DNA from: Phallusia mammillata
Taxonomy: Eukaryota
Length of the DNA: 64,000 nucleotides
Direction: 5' to 3'
Assembly: GCA_965637545.1 (NCBI GenBank)
Contig: OZ281500.1
Span: 21,142,001 to 21,206,000, forward strand
Shown: positions 14,233-26,900 of the stretch, piece after piece
How positions within the stretch are numbered: position 1 is the stretch's first letter
Layout: the number at the start of each line of letters is the position of its first letter
Notes under the pieces: model-generated
Told to the model about the DNA's origin: nothing
The model's input: the letters and a program-made list of their open reading frames with translations, nothing else
The model's database searches: none
Position numbers and translations under genes: made by a program

Positions 14233-17176
14233 GGTTACAAAACGTCAAAGCATCTGCACCAAGATGTTCCCCATCTACACAAGTCTCTTGCAGTTATGTT
14301 TTTAAACAAATTGCCTATCAGGTCTGTGTATTTATTTATTCCAAAACGTAATGAAAAACATTTTTGTGTACTTTTTTTCGCAAATAGATTTTAGTCAGCG
14401 GCCTCGGAGTTAAAAAACACAGACAAAAAAGAAAATTTGTCTTGCAAACTGAACAAATGGAGTAAAGGCAACGACTCTATAGCTGCAGTTTGTAGCACCT
14501 GATATCAACTTCATCATTTCAATGCGTGTTTCCCATGACGCGTCCTAGCGCGGGTGATACACAAGCCCCCTATACCGTCACTATTCGGGGGTACCCGCAC
14601 ATTTACCCCGGGGGCAAGGGTTTAGTTGTCGCGAAGTTCGCGTGCAGCAGCTACGAGGCCCAGTATCGGGTATACATGAGGTCAAACGCATCAACTGCAA
14701 TAGGGTTTTGTTGCTTCGATCCAATGCACGCGTAATCACGCTAACGTAAAGCATTGTGTACCAAATCGAAAATTCACCGTACGCGGTTTCCGAATGGCGA
14801 TAAATGGGGCCGAAATTCGAACCCCAAAGGCGGTGCGCCAAACCGGGGTCGGCCGTCACCCATTTTAACCCCATGCCGCGAAGGTTTTTTAATTGCCGTG
14901 CCCGTTATAAAGGCGAGGTCAATGCAATGAAGATGTTCTCACGGTGTCGGGCCACCTGTCACTCAGCCAATCTCAAGTGGCTAATGATTTAATTAGTTGC
15001 TGGGACTATTTGCTGTTTTGCGTCTCTTTGTGACGTCACAATGCGACGTGTTTTTAGTTTATTCGCTCACAGACTGCTGTAAATTTTTTGCCAACATCTG
15101 CGATTCTTATAGGACTTTGGTTTAGTTTTTTTTGCACATTTTTTTGGTATTTATGTATTTTTACGCAAACGCCTATTAAAGTAAAGTTTCCGTCAAAAAT
15201 TGCCACATAAACAGTTTTTGTAAGGTTGTGTGTTTTGCGAAAGGACGAATTCTAAAAAGATTAGTTGCCAAGGTCACGTACAAGTTTAAAACCATTTCAA
15301 TAAACCTGTGTTGTTTTAGCAAGACCTAAGATCCCCTTTTTAGCAAATGGATATAATACATGTTTACTGGACCGAAAATAGCTGCCAGATCTTCAAAGGT
15401 TGTGTAAAACCGTTGTCGACTAAACAAACTCATTTACAAAGCAAGAATAACAGGTGGGGCCTAAAATGTTTGCGACCGTATGACGCCTACTGAGCTCAAC
15501 AGATCGTTTTAGCCAATAGTTCTTAACCTGGATTTACCCCATGGGTTTGAACGATAGTCAAAAGGGTCGTGAGGGTATTTAAAAAGCAAAAACATTTTTA
15601 ATTGTCCAATATTGTTTTTGAAATACTGCCGTATGAATGCACTTTTATCTTGGAGTAAGTTTTACGTAGGCGTCCGTAAATGTGATAAATTTACAAAGGG
15701 GTCATTTTGCATAATTTAGTAGCTACTGTTGTTTATAGGTTATCGTTTTTGTGTGATGTTGCATCAAATTACTTAAGTTGTTGACAAACTAGAAGAAATG
15801 AAAACTCTTTATTAATTGTGAGCAGTGTTTACATGATTAGTGAAACATTTTACCGACTTTTCGACTGACAAATGTATTTTACAAACAAAACAGTCAGTTT
15901 TTTAAATTAGGTTGGATTTAATTCATTTGGCAGCATTTCAAACATAAATAGAACTACTTTAAATATCTTGAAACAAATGTGTCAGCATAGAAATTATAGC
16001 TGTATTTTTTTCGATTTCTATGTGTGACAGCACTTAGTACGTTTGAGCTGGGGTTTCTGGGTCACGGCAAACAATTTTTATGTGACCTTTCCCAAAGCCA
16101 GGCGCCAATGTGGAGACAGGCAAACCTTATTGCGACGTTGTCGCATGTTTAAAAAAACTTTCACTATGTCACTTGGGGTAATTTGTCATAGTTACAAATC
16201 ATGTTTAGCGACAACGTCCTTTTGCTGTTTGGTTCGTTGAATTTGCTTCACTTTTGTATTTTTTGACAAAAGACGCGATATATCGTTGACATAAGCTAAC
16301 AGATTTTAACCTCAAAATAAATGTTTCCAAATTTGCAGTATATAGTTTGAGAGGTGGAAATCGTTACGACAATTGCAACAAAGTTGGAAATGATTCACAA
16401 AATCAATAAACTAGGATTTATATTGTCGGTATTGTTCATTATAACCGTAAATTATAAACCTTGCATTTTCAAATGTAACTTTTTATGCCAATTTCGTTTA
16501 AAATTAGGATTTGAAAAAAGCGTGCCAAACCTATATACTCTACAAACACTCTTTTTGCCGAGTAGCAAATAGTTATTAAACTCTGCGTTTGAGCAAGTAT
16601 TTGTAACTTTCTTAAGACAGAATAACATACTTTTTTGTAGTGCTTAATACAAACGATGAACAATTTTGTGCTAAATGTTTAAAAACCTTCCGCCTTTGAA
16701 CCTATAGGTAGTTGTTTACAAACATAGTTGTTTACGATGTTTAGCACCTTTAAACTGTACGTCTAAACTTGTTGGACGCATTACAACACCCGCTCTCCTA
16801 TACTCGTTTCTAAGTTTGGTTCAAACTCTATCGCAAATAGTTGTGAGATTAAGAAAACAAAATCGATATACATATCCGACAATCTTCTAGTTGGATTTAC
16901 CCAGAGTTGTGACAAGCGTAGTTTTGACGAAGTTTTTATTGTGCATCAGTTTTAACAGTTGAAGAAGGAAAAAAATGCGATTTAACTGACACGGCGCTAC
17001 TACATTGGATCTTCAAATGTCACCGGCGTAAACCCGTTTAACCGATTCTCTTGCATAAACTTTGCATAGCATTTAAATTGTAAAGTGTTACACAAACCGA
17101 ACGGTTGCAAAAAAATGAATGTTTTACATTTGGAACAGGTATAAAAGAAAACAAAAGTAATAAAAATGTTCTGGAG

Positions 17177-20100
17177 TCACCACGTCGGCCATTGTTGTTG
17201 CATATGATGATGGGAATAACCAGAGGGGTAGGAGGCCGCCGCAGCAGCATAAGGGGGGCTATAGGTGGGGGTGGACCCCGAATGGTGACGTAAGTGCGTA
17301 TGGAGTGACGTGTGATAGGATGAGTGTGGGGTAAGGGGTTCTCCTCCGTGGTGGGGCGAAGTCTGTTGGTGGTGGGTCTGCTGGGGGTAATGTGAGGCCA
17401 ACTGACTTGCGTTTGTCGCGTAATGCTGAAGTCCTAGACCTTGAGAGGCGATGTGGCTCGAAAAATGCGCCATTGATTGTGCGACCTGAGTCTCAGCTCC
17501 GTTGTAGGGCAACCCGGATCGAGACGCGTTCATGTTGTTTGACGGGATTCCGAAGCAGTTATTTCGGCCAGCGGCGCTGCCAATCCCGGCGTGACAAGGC
17601 TTGCCGTCCCGGACTAAAACTGGAACCATCACCCGTCTTGGTGAGGAGAGTCCATTAAAAGCTTCGTATCCCCCGCCACCGCCGCCCTTTTCTTGACGCG
17701 CGCGTTTCATTTTGTATCTGTGATTCTGGAACCAGATTTTGATCTGCAAAATAGCTCAATGTTACTAAAACAACAATTTTCCAAAAAATAGTTAAAGTGA
17801 GTTTGATCGGAAACATTTTTGCATCACATTTTTCGATTTTGCAACTACATTATGATATTGTATAAATCAAAATATTAAGTAAAGCCTTAACATGGAAATA
17901 TTCCAATTCGTTATTAGGAGCAAATATGAAAATAAGAGGCTTAAATAAACGCTTTCAGTTTAGCTTTCAGTGGTAATCAAGTACTTAATACCAGGTTAAA
18001 TATGGCTGATTAAAAACGAAGTCTAGTTTAAAATAAAATCAACCCCACAGTAGCAGTTTTCCGGTGATCACTGTTCTCTACATCAATAGTGCGTACAACG
18101 GTCGGTTCTGTTTGGTCTATGGCTTTATACACTGTGTTTTGGATTATGGCTGATTGCTAACGTTTTGCGTGATTGCCAAGTTTCAGCGAAAATATGACAC
18201 CACTCGAAAGGAAATAAATTAGGGGTAATTTTGTAACGAAAATGCACGAATGCTCAAATGACCGTTGTTCGCCATTTTATTCAATCAGTGCTAAACGGTA
18301 GTCATAACACAGCAATAACTTACCTGCGTAGGGGTCAGACCGATCATATTTGCCAATGCTTCCCTCTCGGGTGCTGACAGGTATTTCTGATGCCGAAACC
18401 GCCTGTCGAGTTCGTACGTTTGCGCCTTGGTGAAAAGCACGCGCCTTTTTCGCTTTTTCTCGTGATCGGAATCATCAGGACTCCTCGGCGAAGTTTGGGA
18501 CTCTTCTTCCCCGCCGGAAGCGCACGATTTGTCCGGGGTCGAAGCATCTCTAGGCGAGGAGTCGGTACAGTCCATGTCTAAAGCAATACAAAAAATGACA
18601 CGTAAAATAAAGGCACTGGTTGTACGGTTAACCTTAGTTAATTCGGACCCTTGTTGGACCATAAAAGATCCGGAATAACCGATGTCGACTAGTTCAAGCC
18701 TTACCACATAAGCCTTACCAAATCATTTGTTGTCCAAGCTTTGTCTGAATTAGGCGACGATCCGGATTATGTCAAATTTGCAGCTTTTATTGCTCAAATT
18801 TGGCAAACATAGAAGTATGAATCACCAACAAGAAAGCTATACATTTGTTGCTACAAAGTGTGGACATATATTTATGCAAAGCAACATTTGTTTTGAAAGA
18901 TGAGATGTTTTTTTTGAAACCAGATACATGTTTGCACCATTAGGCTTATTATTCTATAGGTTTCCGGGGTCCAATGCCGGCGTTACTTTTCAGAAGGCGT
19001 GAAAATGGAAATGCGTCTGGGAAAAGCCTTCAGGAATCACTTTTAAAAGCGCCAACCACGCCTCCGCGTTTTAAGATCAATGGGTCACCCCCTGCATGGG
19101 CGCTTTCGCTATCGTGCTTCCACACAAGGTTCCAAAATAGAAATAGACGCTAACAACGCAGTTACAGGAAAGTTTCGTTCTGTAAAGGAATGGCACAGAC
19201 TAAAATGTTTCAGTCAAAACGTTGCTCGGTCTCTCGGCGCCGAATTTCGCCACCGTGACCAGCTAATGCCATTGGGGCCGACGCAGGGCCTCCCAGACCA
19301 CCTTGGGTTCGGTGGGGAACCTATAGGGGGCGTCTAACCGGCGTTCGGGGCCGAAACGGATGTTTTGAGAGAATGTTGGAAGGAGTTAATCGCCTTTTAC
19401 TTAGTCTATCGAAAGCTGAAGTCAAATAAACGCGTCGCTTGAAATGAATTAGAAAAGCTGAATGGTGGGCGCCGGCCAAATTTGTTTATGCTTTACGTTC
19501 AAAGCACAGTTTTTATTGTGTACATGTCATATGCTAAAGCTAAAAAGTCGCGCCTCTTTTAATGTTTTTACACCGTAGTGGTTTCGAATTTCTTGGTATT
19601 TAAATGTTGCCATGTAAATTGCAATGCTGCCGAGTACACAAATACATTTGATGCTTGATCAACGTTTACAGGCATGTTGCTTAAATGACGCTGCTTGTTG
19701 CACAACGTTCAAACAAAACAGAAGAAGCAAAAGTGTGCCGCTAGAAATTATGTTTTGAAACTCAAATTTTTATGTAAGTTTATGTTTTTACAACTCGAAC
19801 CACTCCATTTAATAATCAACACAAAAATACTCGCATGAGTTAAACTGTCATTACAAGCGACCTTTACAAAACCAAAACCGAATCCTAATAAATTTCACAA
19901 ACGAAAAAAATGATTATGTGAATTTTTCGGTAAAGAATTGGTACGATGAATTTCCTTTCAAGTGGCGGTGTTTGATCCAACGCGGCTTGTTGTAAAATTT
20001 CACGCAACTGGTGCAAGTGAGCGTAAAACAAGTGATGAGACGTGTTATACAAACTGCTCTTTGATCTGCTACACTGTATATAATTAACATCTCCAATACA

Positions 20101-22289
20101 CCGTCTCAACAGTTATTGGCCCTTAGATCAAAAAATCAAATTAACCGGTCTATTATAGCGAAGTTACGCAGTGACGTGTGGGCTACGGTTCACTGATCAC
20201 AGCGTGTGACGGTGTGTCACGTGATGTTTTAAATCCGGATATTACAGTTGATTTGCACTGATGAGACCGTGGGCGGGTTTTAGTGGTTTTTGGTTCTTCA
20301 TAGTGGTTTAAAGCCCAATAAAATGAAAGTTGGGCTTCATTAAATCCCGGGAAACAGGTCAAACATAGTCCACATTGATAATATTTTCATAAGTTTGGCA
20401 AAGCGTAACTGTGTTTGGAAAGTGTTTCTCATATAGGTCTGATTCCATTTTAGTTATTTTTCATGTAAAATTGAACCATGTTTGTAAGCTTTACGGCAAC
20501 GATGCTGATCCCCGTATATTAACTAATGTTTGGAACGAAATACTAATAAAGTGGTTTCGTGGAAACAGATAACATTATGGAAAAATATTGCTGCAGAATG
20601 CGCAAACTGCACCTGGCTTGAAGATTTTTCGTTTTTCGTCATTTTACTCGTGCAGAAAATACTGTACCCCATATTTGTGAAAGGTATTTGAAATTAAAGT
20701 GGGATTTTTTTGTCAAAGAAAACGAAAACATAACATTGTGTTACAAATATAATGTCTTTGTTTTCACGATCAAAAACTTGCTAAATACCAAAACGAAAAC
20801 CCACGCTATAGGCTAGTTCAATGGTGCTCGACCTTTTCGCTTGTTCTTTTTGACATTTTTGAAGTTGAAATATATTTCCATGTTTTTCTACAACCCATAT
20901 TCGTTTAACTGGTGCAAAAACTGTTTAAATAAGCTTTTTGTAGTGACCTAGCATTTTTTTGTTCTGTGTAAAATGTTGAAAACAATATAGATCTAGTTAG
21001 GTAGATAATTTTTCACCTCTCTAGGGATGTGATCATATGTTCGTTTGTAATTTCCCCAAAAGCATGTCCCTTTATCTCTTGGGACATTTTTTATCGCAAA
21101 ATAAGTTGATTTTTGTCAATATTGTTTTACATTTTGGGTACGCAATGCACCAGTGTTCGGTTTTATATCTTTCCGCCAACTTTTTTGAGTCAATGGCGAC
21201 GTTTTGAATAACAACAGGTTTAAAATCTGGAAAACTGTTCCGTTTCTGGATAGGAGGAAAAACGCTTTAATTTCATTGGTACAGCAATTGTGGCCTTACA
21301 TCTTCAAAAAATTGCTGGTAGCTAAAATACACTTGTGGGGTTTTACGTTGGCCGCATAACTTAACATGTTTTTCTACGTTTTAATGTGAAAAATACAAAA
21401 TAAGTGATTCCAATTTACTTGTATAACTTTCTGATGTTTCGTCCGCCTCATTCCAAGCGTCGGAAAATTCTTTGGGATCATCCACTTCGCCGTAAACGTA
21501 ATTCTTCTCTTCTCCTGACTTTAAAACCTCTTCGCTGTTGTTGCGATCAACTACCGACCCTGTTTTCCCATCAACATCATTATCAACAGTCGACACTTTA
21601 TCATTCCGTAAACTATCGGTGTAGGCTTTGTCTTCATAAACATCATTACCAGGTTCGCTGTACCCCACAGTAGTTTCATTTGAGATTTTAGCCTCGTACG
21701 AAGCAGCGGCATCCGTAAATGCGTCACCATGGTAACGGTATGCATGATGACGTGGCGAAGCACTGGGTAAACCTGAAGACGGCGAAGGTGATGATGAGGT
21801 CTCAACTGGCGACTCCACAGAATTCAACCGACGATCGGCGGAAATCTGAGCCTCGATTTGCGGAAGCGAGTAGTAGTTGTGGCCGAGATAGTTTCTTCGC
21901 TCGCATTGATCGAACTCCCGGTAATTACTATGTTCATAGTCAATGGGATGTGTAGCTGATGCCACTGAAGGGTTGGAGTACTGTGTACAGGCGTAGGTTA
22001 CAGGGTAAGCACTGTAGGATCCTTCAAAATCATGGCTTCCCTCATTACTATGGCTGTGGTGACGATAAATTGGTTGCCTATATTCGCATGCGGCCGGTTC
22101 TCTACCATAAGAATCTTCTATAGCATTTGCTGTTGCTCGAGTAGGTTTAAGTTCGGGTGAGTACGTTTCAGTTGACGATGATGGAAGCCTAAGTATGTCC
22201 TTTACTGAAAAGCTGCTGTTCTTGTGGGCGCTGCTTGAAATATTTGAATCTTCCACGATGTTGCTTTCAACCATTGCGCTTGTGTTCAT
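17177..22289 (-). CDS. NKX2-2: NK2-class homeobox transcription factor, Nkx2-2/vnd-like, about 563 aa
   Basis: Exons 22289..21419, 18577..18324 and 17743..17177. TN/eh1 motif FSVKDIL; homeodomain [45 protein letters not shown]|[14 protein letters not shown] with the NK2-diagnostic Tyr54; NK2-[19 protein letters not shown]. The AQTYE and YKMKRAR residues favour Nkx2-2 over Nkx2-1. Confidence 0.9.
19958..20034. promoter_or_regulatory. Cluster of three NK2-type CAAGTG sites in Nkx intron 1
   Basis: tCAAGTG at 19958-19964, CAAGTG at 20014-20019 and CAAGTG at 20029-20034, all in the same orientation. Confidence 0.35.
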
Positions 22290-23881
22290 TGCGGAAACAT
22301 CAACGCGAAGCAAAAAATCGTAATTGACTTTTACAGCAAGTGCGAGTCTGCAAAAATGGCGGCCACGTCAACGAATGCAATGTAATGCTGACAAGGTTTA
22401 AACACCAAACAAACTGCACTTTTTTACTATTTTGCTCTTGATTATACTAAGTAATAACTCTGGCACGGTGAAAGACAAATCAGTGCTTTAAAACAGACTT
22501 TAAATATTCAAATGTGCATTTACAATGTGGATATTTTCTCAAGAGTTAAGTTAGGCTAGATTTCGGTTCGGCTAGCACATTTATTAAACCCATTTTCTTG
22601 TCAAAAAATATACAGTGATGAACATGTAATCTTCTTAGTTACTAAATCCTAGAAAAATTCTTTCAATACTGACACACAGTTGCTGCATACTAAATTATGA
22701 ATCATCTGTTTCACCAACACAGCAAACTCTATCAAGTAAAATTTATTTTAAGTTCTCCAATTGAACATTGGGGCTGAACGATACAGTCTGTGTTACCTAA
22801 CTCCATTAAAATGTCCTTACTACGCGAGTCTTAGCTAGTATATACGACGCCAAAGGACTGAGTCTTTTTTCACTATTTAGGCGCGGGGTGAAGCCTTGGC
22901 ACGAAACTCGGGTTAAAATTGCGTCCGCGCCGTGCGAAAAAGTGGCAAGTTAAGGAAGAACGCGTACCTGAGGCGAGAAGTATTGGCTAAATGGCTGTCG
23001 CCTCGGTACACAAGTATGCGTTATACTGCGCCAAGGCAAAACATATATGGTGTTGGGTAAAGGCTGCTCGGAGGCTAAAGTAAATATTAAACAGACGGCG
23101 AAAGGTATTTTGTTGCCTTTCTATCGCTATCTTTTTGCCATACCTGATAAAATATCATGCTACGATAAAACGGTATACAAATAATAGAGTAAACGTAAAC
23201 ATTTGCCCTGGAAAAAAACAAGCACTGCTGCTTGTCGTTATTATTGCGAAACAAAGTGTAGTTATTCGTGATCGTCAACATTCGATGCCTACTTTTAGAG
23301 GCAAAGATCCCAAGCAAATTGCTAATTGTTACCTCAAAGAAACGAAAGCAAAAACTCACTTTACTGTAATTTTGACCATGTCAAATTGTAACCAATCGGC
23401 TTAACAGTAAAAAAAAACTTGGTCAACTTAGTAGTCATTGCATTGTCGTCATTGCCAGTAAAAGATTTGACTTAACTCAAACAAGTTTAGGTCAAGATTG
23501 TTAAAACATTCGATGTTAAGATATAAATTACCAATATGTATAACTTTCTAGCATTTAGACTTATATTTATCGTCCAATTAAACCGAAAAAATGTAATGAT
23601 TTTTTAAACTTTATTTTTTTCGTCTTATCGCGAAACTTGACTCCACTAAACAAGAATAATAACTCGACTTTAGTATACAAAAGCCCTTCTGGTTTATTAA
23701 CTCGACACCACTTTGGTACCTTCATGAAAACCATCAAGTTGTACTTAAGTCGGTGTCCATGTTCGCAGTAAAAAATGAACATTTGTAATGGATCACAGAT
23801 GAGATTTTATTTTAAGTGGCACATTATTGCAACAGAACAATTCATATTTTTATGCAAATATAGGAACAAAAATATTATAAT

Positions 23882-23933
23882 ATTATCCTGATGAAGGCGT
23901 CTTGCATAGTCGAAACGACGGTTGTTTACAATA
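23882..23933 (+). ncRNA. Penelope-type hammerhead variant (core intact, stem I weak)
   Basis: CUGAUGA-A-GGC-(10 nt)-GUC-GAA-ACGAC-G-GUUGU-U^, followed by AATAAA. It has an extra A after the core and a quasi-palindromic stem III. Confidence 0.5.
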
Positions 23934-26900
23934 AAACTGCTGGATGAGCAATACTCGGTAGTACATTATGGTTGTCAGCAATAGCTTATTTTATAGAAAT
24001 AACAAATAGAAGAAATTTTGATTGAATTCAATTTGGGAATATTTGAGAATTTCACCACAAAAAATCCAATTTGAAAGCATATATTTTTGGTTTAACCGAA
24101 TTCACCCGACAACCATTTTCTTTTCATATCCAATATCGCTGCCTCGAGACAAATTAAGTGAAACTATAAATGTTATTGCTCTAAGCCTTATTGACGTTCC
24201 GGTGAGAGTTTCAACAAGCGCTATACACGACAGATTATCCACCTTGGTTTCACGACAGAAGCCTTGAAACCGTGTTTAGATTTAGTTGACTGCCTTGTTA
24301 AGTTGGCACTTGATTTTTCCCTGAAACGTGTTTGTATTAAATTCCGGCATGACACAACAAAGTATATGTGGTGCTGAGGTTATATGGTTTAAGGTAACGA
24401 TCTACTTTCAAGGCTTATGTGATAGTTGTCTGTTTACATAAAATTATTCTGGAAAATGAGATTTTGGTTTTTCTTTTTTCTGTGGCTTTTTATTTAGTCT
24501 GTATGGATTTTCACTTTTCGTTCCATTGTGTAGTGGATATCCAACCCTCAGCAGTTTTTAATAAACTTTTGATCCTAAAACAAAAGATATTACAATATAA
24601 CTTTCGAACAGTAAATAAAAATCGTTAGCAATACATAAGTTTCATTTATGTGGTGGATATAGACAACTTTTTCCAGTGATAATTTAAAACTATATTTCTT
24701 CAACAGACAAGATTGTTATACTCTTACTTTTATTCGTTAACCTTGATCCTAATTACTATTCAAATAATTATAGTTAGAGTCCAACTCCCCGTTTGTGCAA
24801 TGCATTTATTCTCAAAACAAATACCAAAATATTTAGGTTCATGCAAGTAACCTTCAAAACGACAAAACATGCAAAATCTTCACAGGTTTATCTTAAACTT
24901 TTAAATTTTAAATTGGTTTATATGTACTCTTTTAATCAGTAAATGGTTATAAGTTATTATTATGATTTGTTTGTAATAATGCCGTCAACGATGTTCTGCA
25001 TGTGCGCTACAGGACTGATTCCTGTATTGAATTTATATTTATCGTACTTATTACATGGGTGGATTTTTTTGTTCATTTTTGCACGTTTGGAAATGCATTT
25101 GAACTGTCCATTACTTTTCATACATTAAAACTCCTGACAAAAAGAAAACATTGGGTCAAAAAACACACACATAGACCATTGGTCCAGCCAATTTTTTGGC
25201 CATAGAGGCCACCAACTCAGTCAATATTGTAGTTCCGTAGGAATTGTCACGCAGCCTCAACTAATTGCCGTGAAACGTCTTCAGAGCCGACTTGGGCATG
25301 CTCGTCAGTCAACAAGTGTCCGCGTTAACTCCCATGACACGCCAACAGCACATTTAAGTTGCTTAAAAAGATTTGTAAAAACCGGTAATTCGACACTAAC
25401 TATAGCAGGGTGAGGAGTGATGGTCGTCATGACGATATTTCCTGCCGTAAAATTAGGACAGGTAGTTCACCGTTTTGAAGGGATTTTTTACTTGATGAGC
25501 AATACTAAACATTTTTTTTGTTTATGTGCCAATCTAGACAACAAATGAACTTGTGGAATTGCTCTATGTGTGCAGGTATTTTTTGAATCCGATGCCTATT
25601 TGTTTTAAATCGGGTTTGTGGAACCGGATTCGGATTCGGAATTGTTTTTTTTCTGATATTTTTTCTGAAACAGTTCGATTTGTAAATAACAATCTGCGGA
25701 CAAAACTATTTATCTCAATAAATTTGTGAGTAATCCAATATGAACACTATTTATTGCTTCGTAGAGATCGAGTGATCATTTTTAATCCACCCGAAAAAAG
25801 GCTGCTAAACCCGGGAAACAATTCAAAGTTTCTAGATGTCAAAATTCTATCTTGGGATGAAATCGTGGAAGCGCCGGTTGCTAAGCGCGTCATGAAACGT
25901 TTCGGGAAACATTCTAAAGTTACATGCGGTTTTGCCTCTTAAAACGGTAAAAATGGAAACCTGCTTTTGGTTATTTATAGATGTTTTTGAACATGCTGTT
26001 TTGATCAAATACAAACTAAGCTATAAGTAGTAGTTATATGGTTCCATTCGCGATGTTCTTAAATTTTGCACAGGTTTGTATTTTTGTGCTTTCAAACTAT
26101 TTTTGTGTGAAATTGAATCTTTTTGTATCAGCATGTCGCATTATAGATGACGTTTCAATTACCAATTTTCATACTGTAGATTGAATATTAAGAAGTCTAC
26201 AGTAAACTAATACATTCAAATTTAGGTAGCATATTACGATATGCTCATCTATAACGAGCTTAATTTGTACTTCACTCCCAAACCGGTGTAGAAAATTCTG
26301 GGCCAAACAAAATCAACCTGCATTGACAATTTTTCAAGGAATTTAGCGTAATAGACAATGCACACTGTTTCTTCCCATGAGATCTCACCAGAGCAGCTAT
26401 AGCTAGTGACAATTACATATTGACCTGTATAGGCTTCTTTAGATAGGCCAAAATAGCCTAAAGTTAGACAATACTTTTTGATATCAGTATTTCCTTATTC
26501 AAATAGAATCTTTAAGTCATTACAACCTTTACATAACTCAAAGGCATGTTGATCGAGGCTGTGCGAATTCGTTTAAACGATGATTAACTCGGCAGCAGGT
26601 GCTATACGATCTCTATGCGACCTCACTGCGATTAGAAAATCAGAAGCGAAACCCGAGGCCGTCTATTTTGTCAACTCGAAATCGGAAGCCAGTGCAGCGA
26701 CAGCAGCAAGCATTGAAAAGTTCACAATTACTCATTCAAGGCACATGGGATTCGCGGTTTTTTGTTGACCCCATGTTTTGGCCAAACACAGCCACTTCGA
26801 CGACTGACTGCACGAAATGTGGTTAAGGGAAGAAATTTAATAGTTGCTAAAGACGAATGCACGCGATTTAGACGGCAACTGGATCGGGTTTGTCCAGATT

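Noticed and set aside
14526-14992. GC-rich cluster of short overlapping ORFs between the LRR and Nkx genes
   Set aside because: No homology recognised and no splice context; more likely regulatory DNA.
20251-20285. UUUGCA-CUGAUGA-GACC resembling the family A hammerhead start
   Set aside because: There is no closing GGUC-GAAA or stem III; it is treated as chance similarity.
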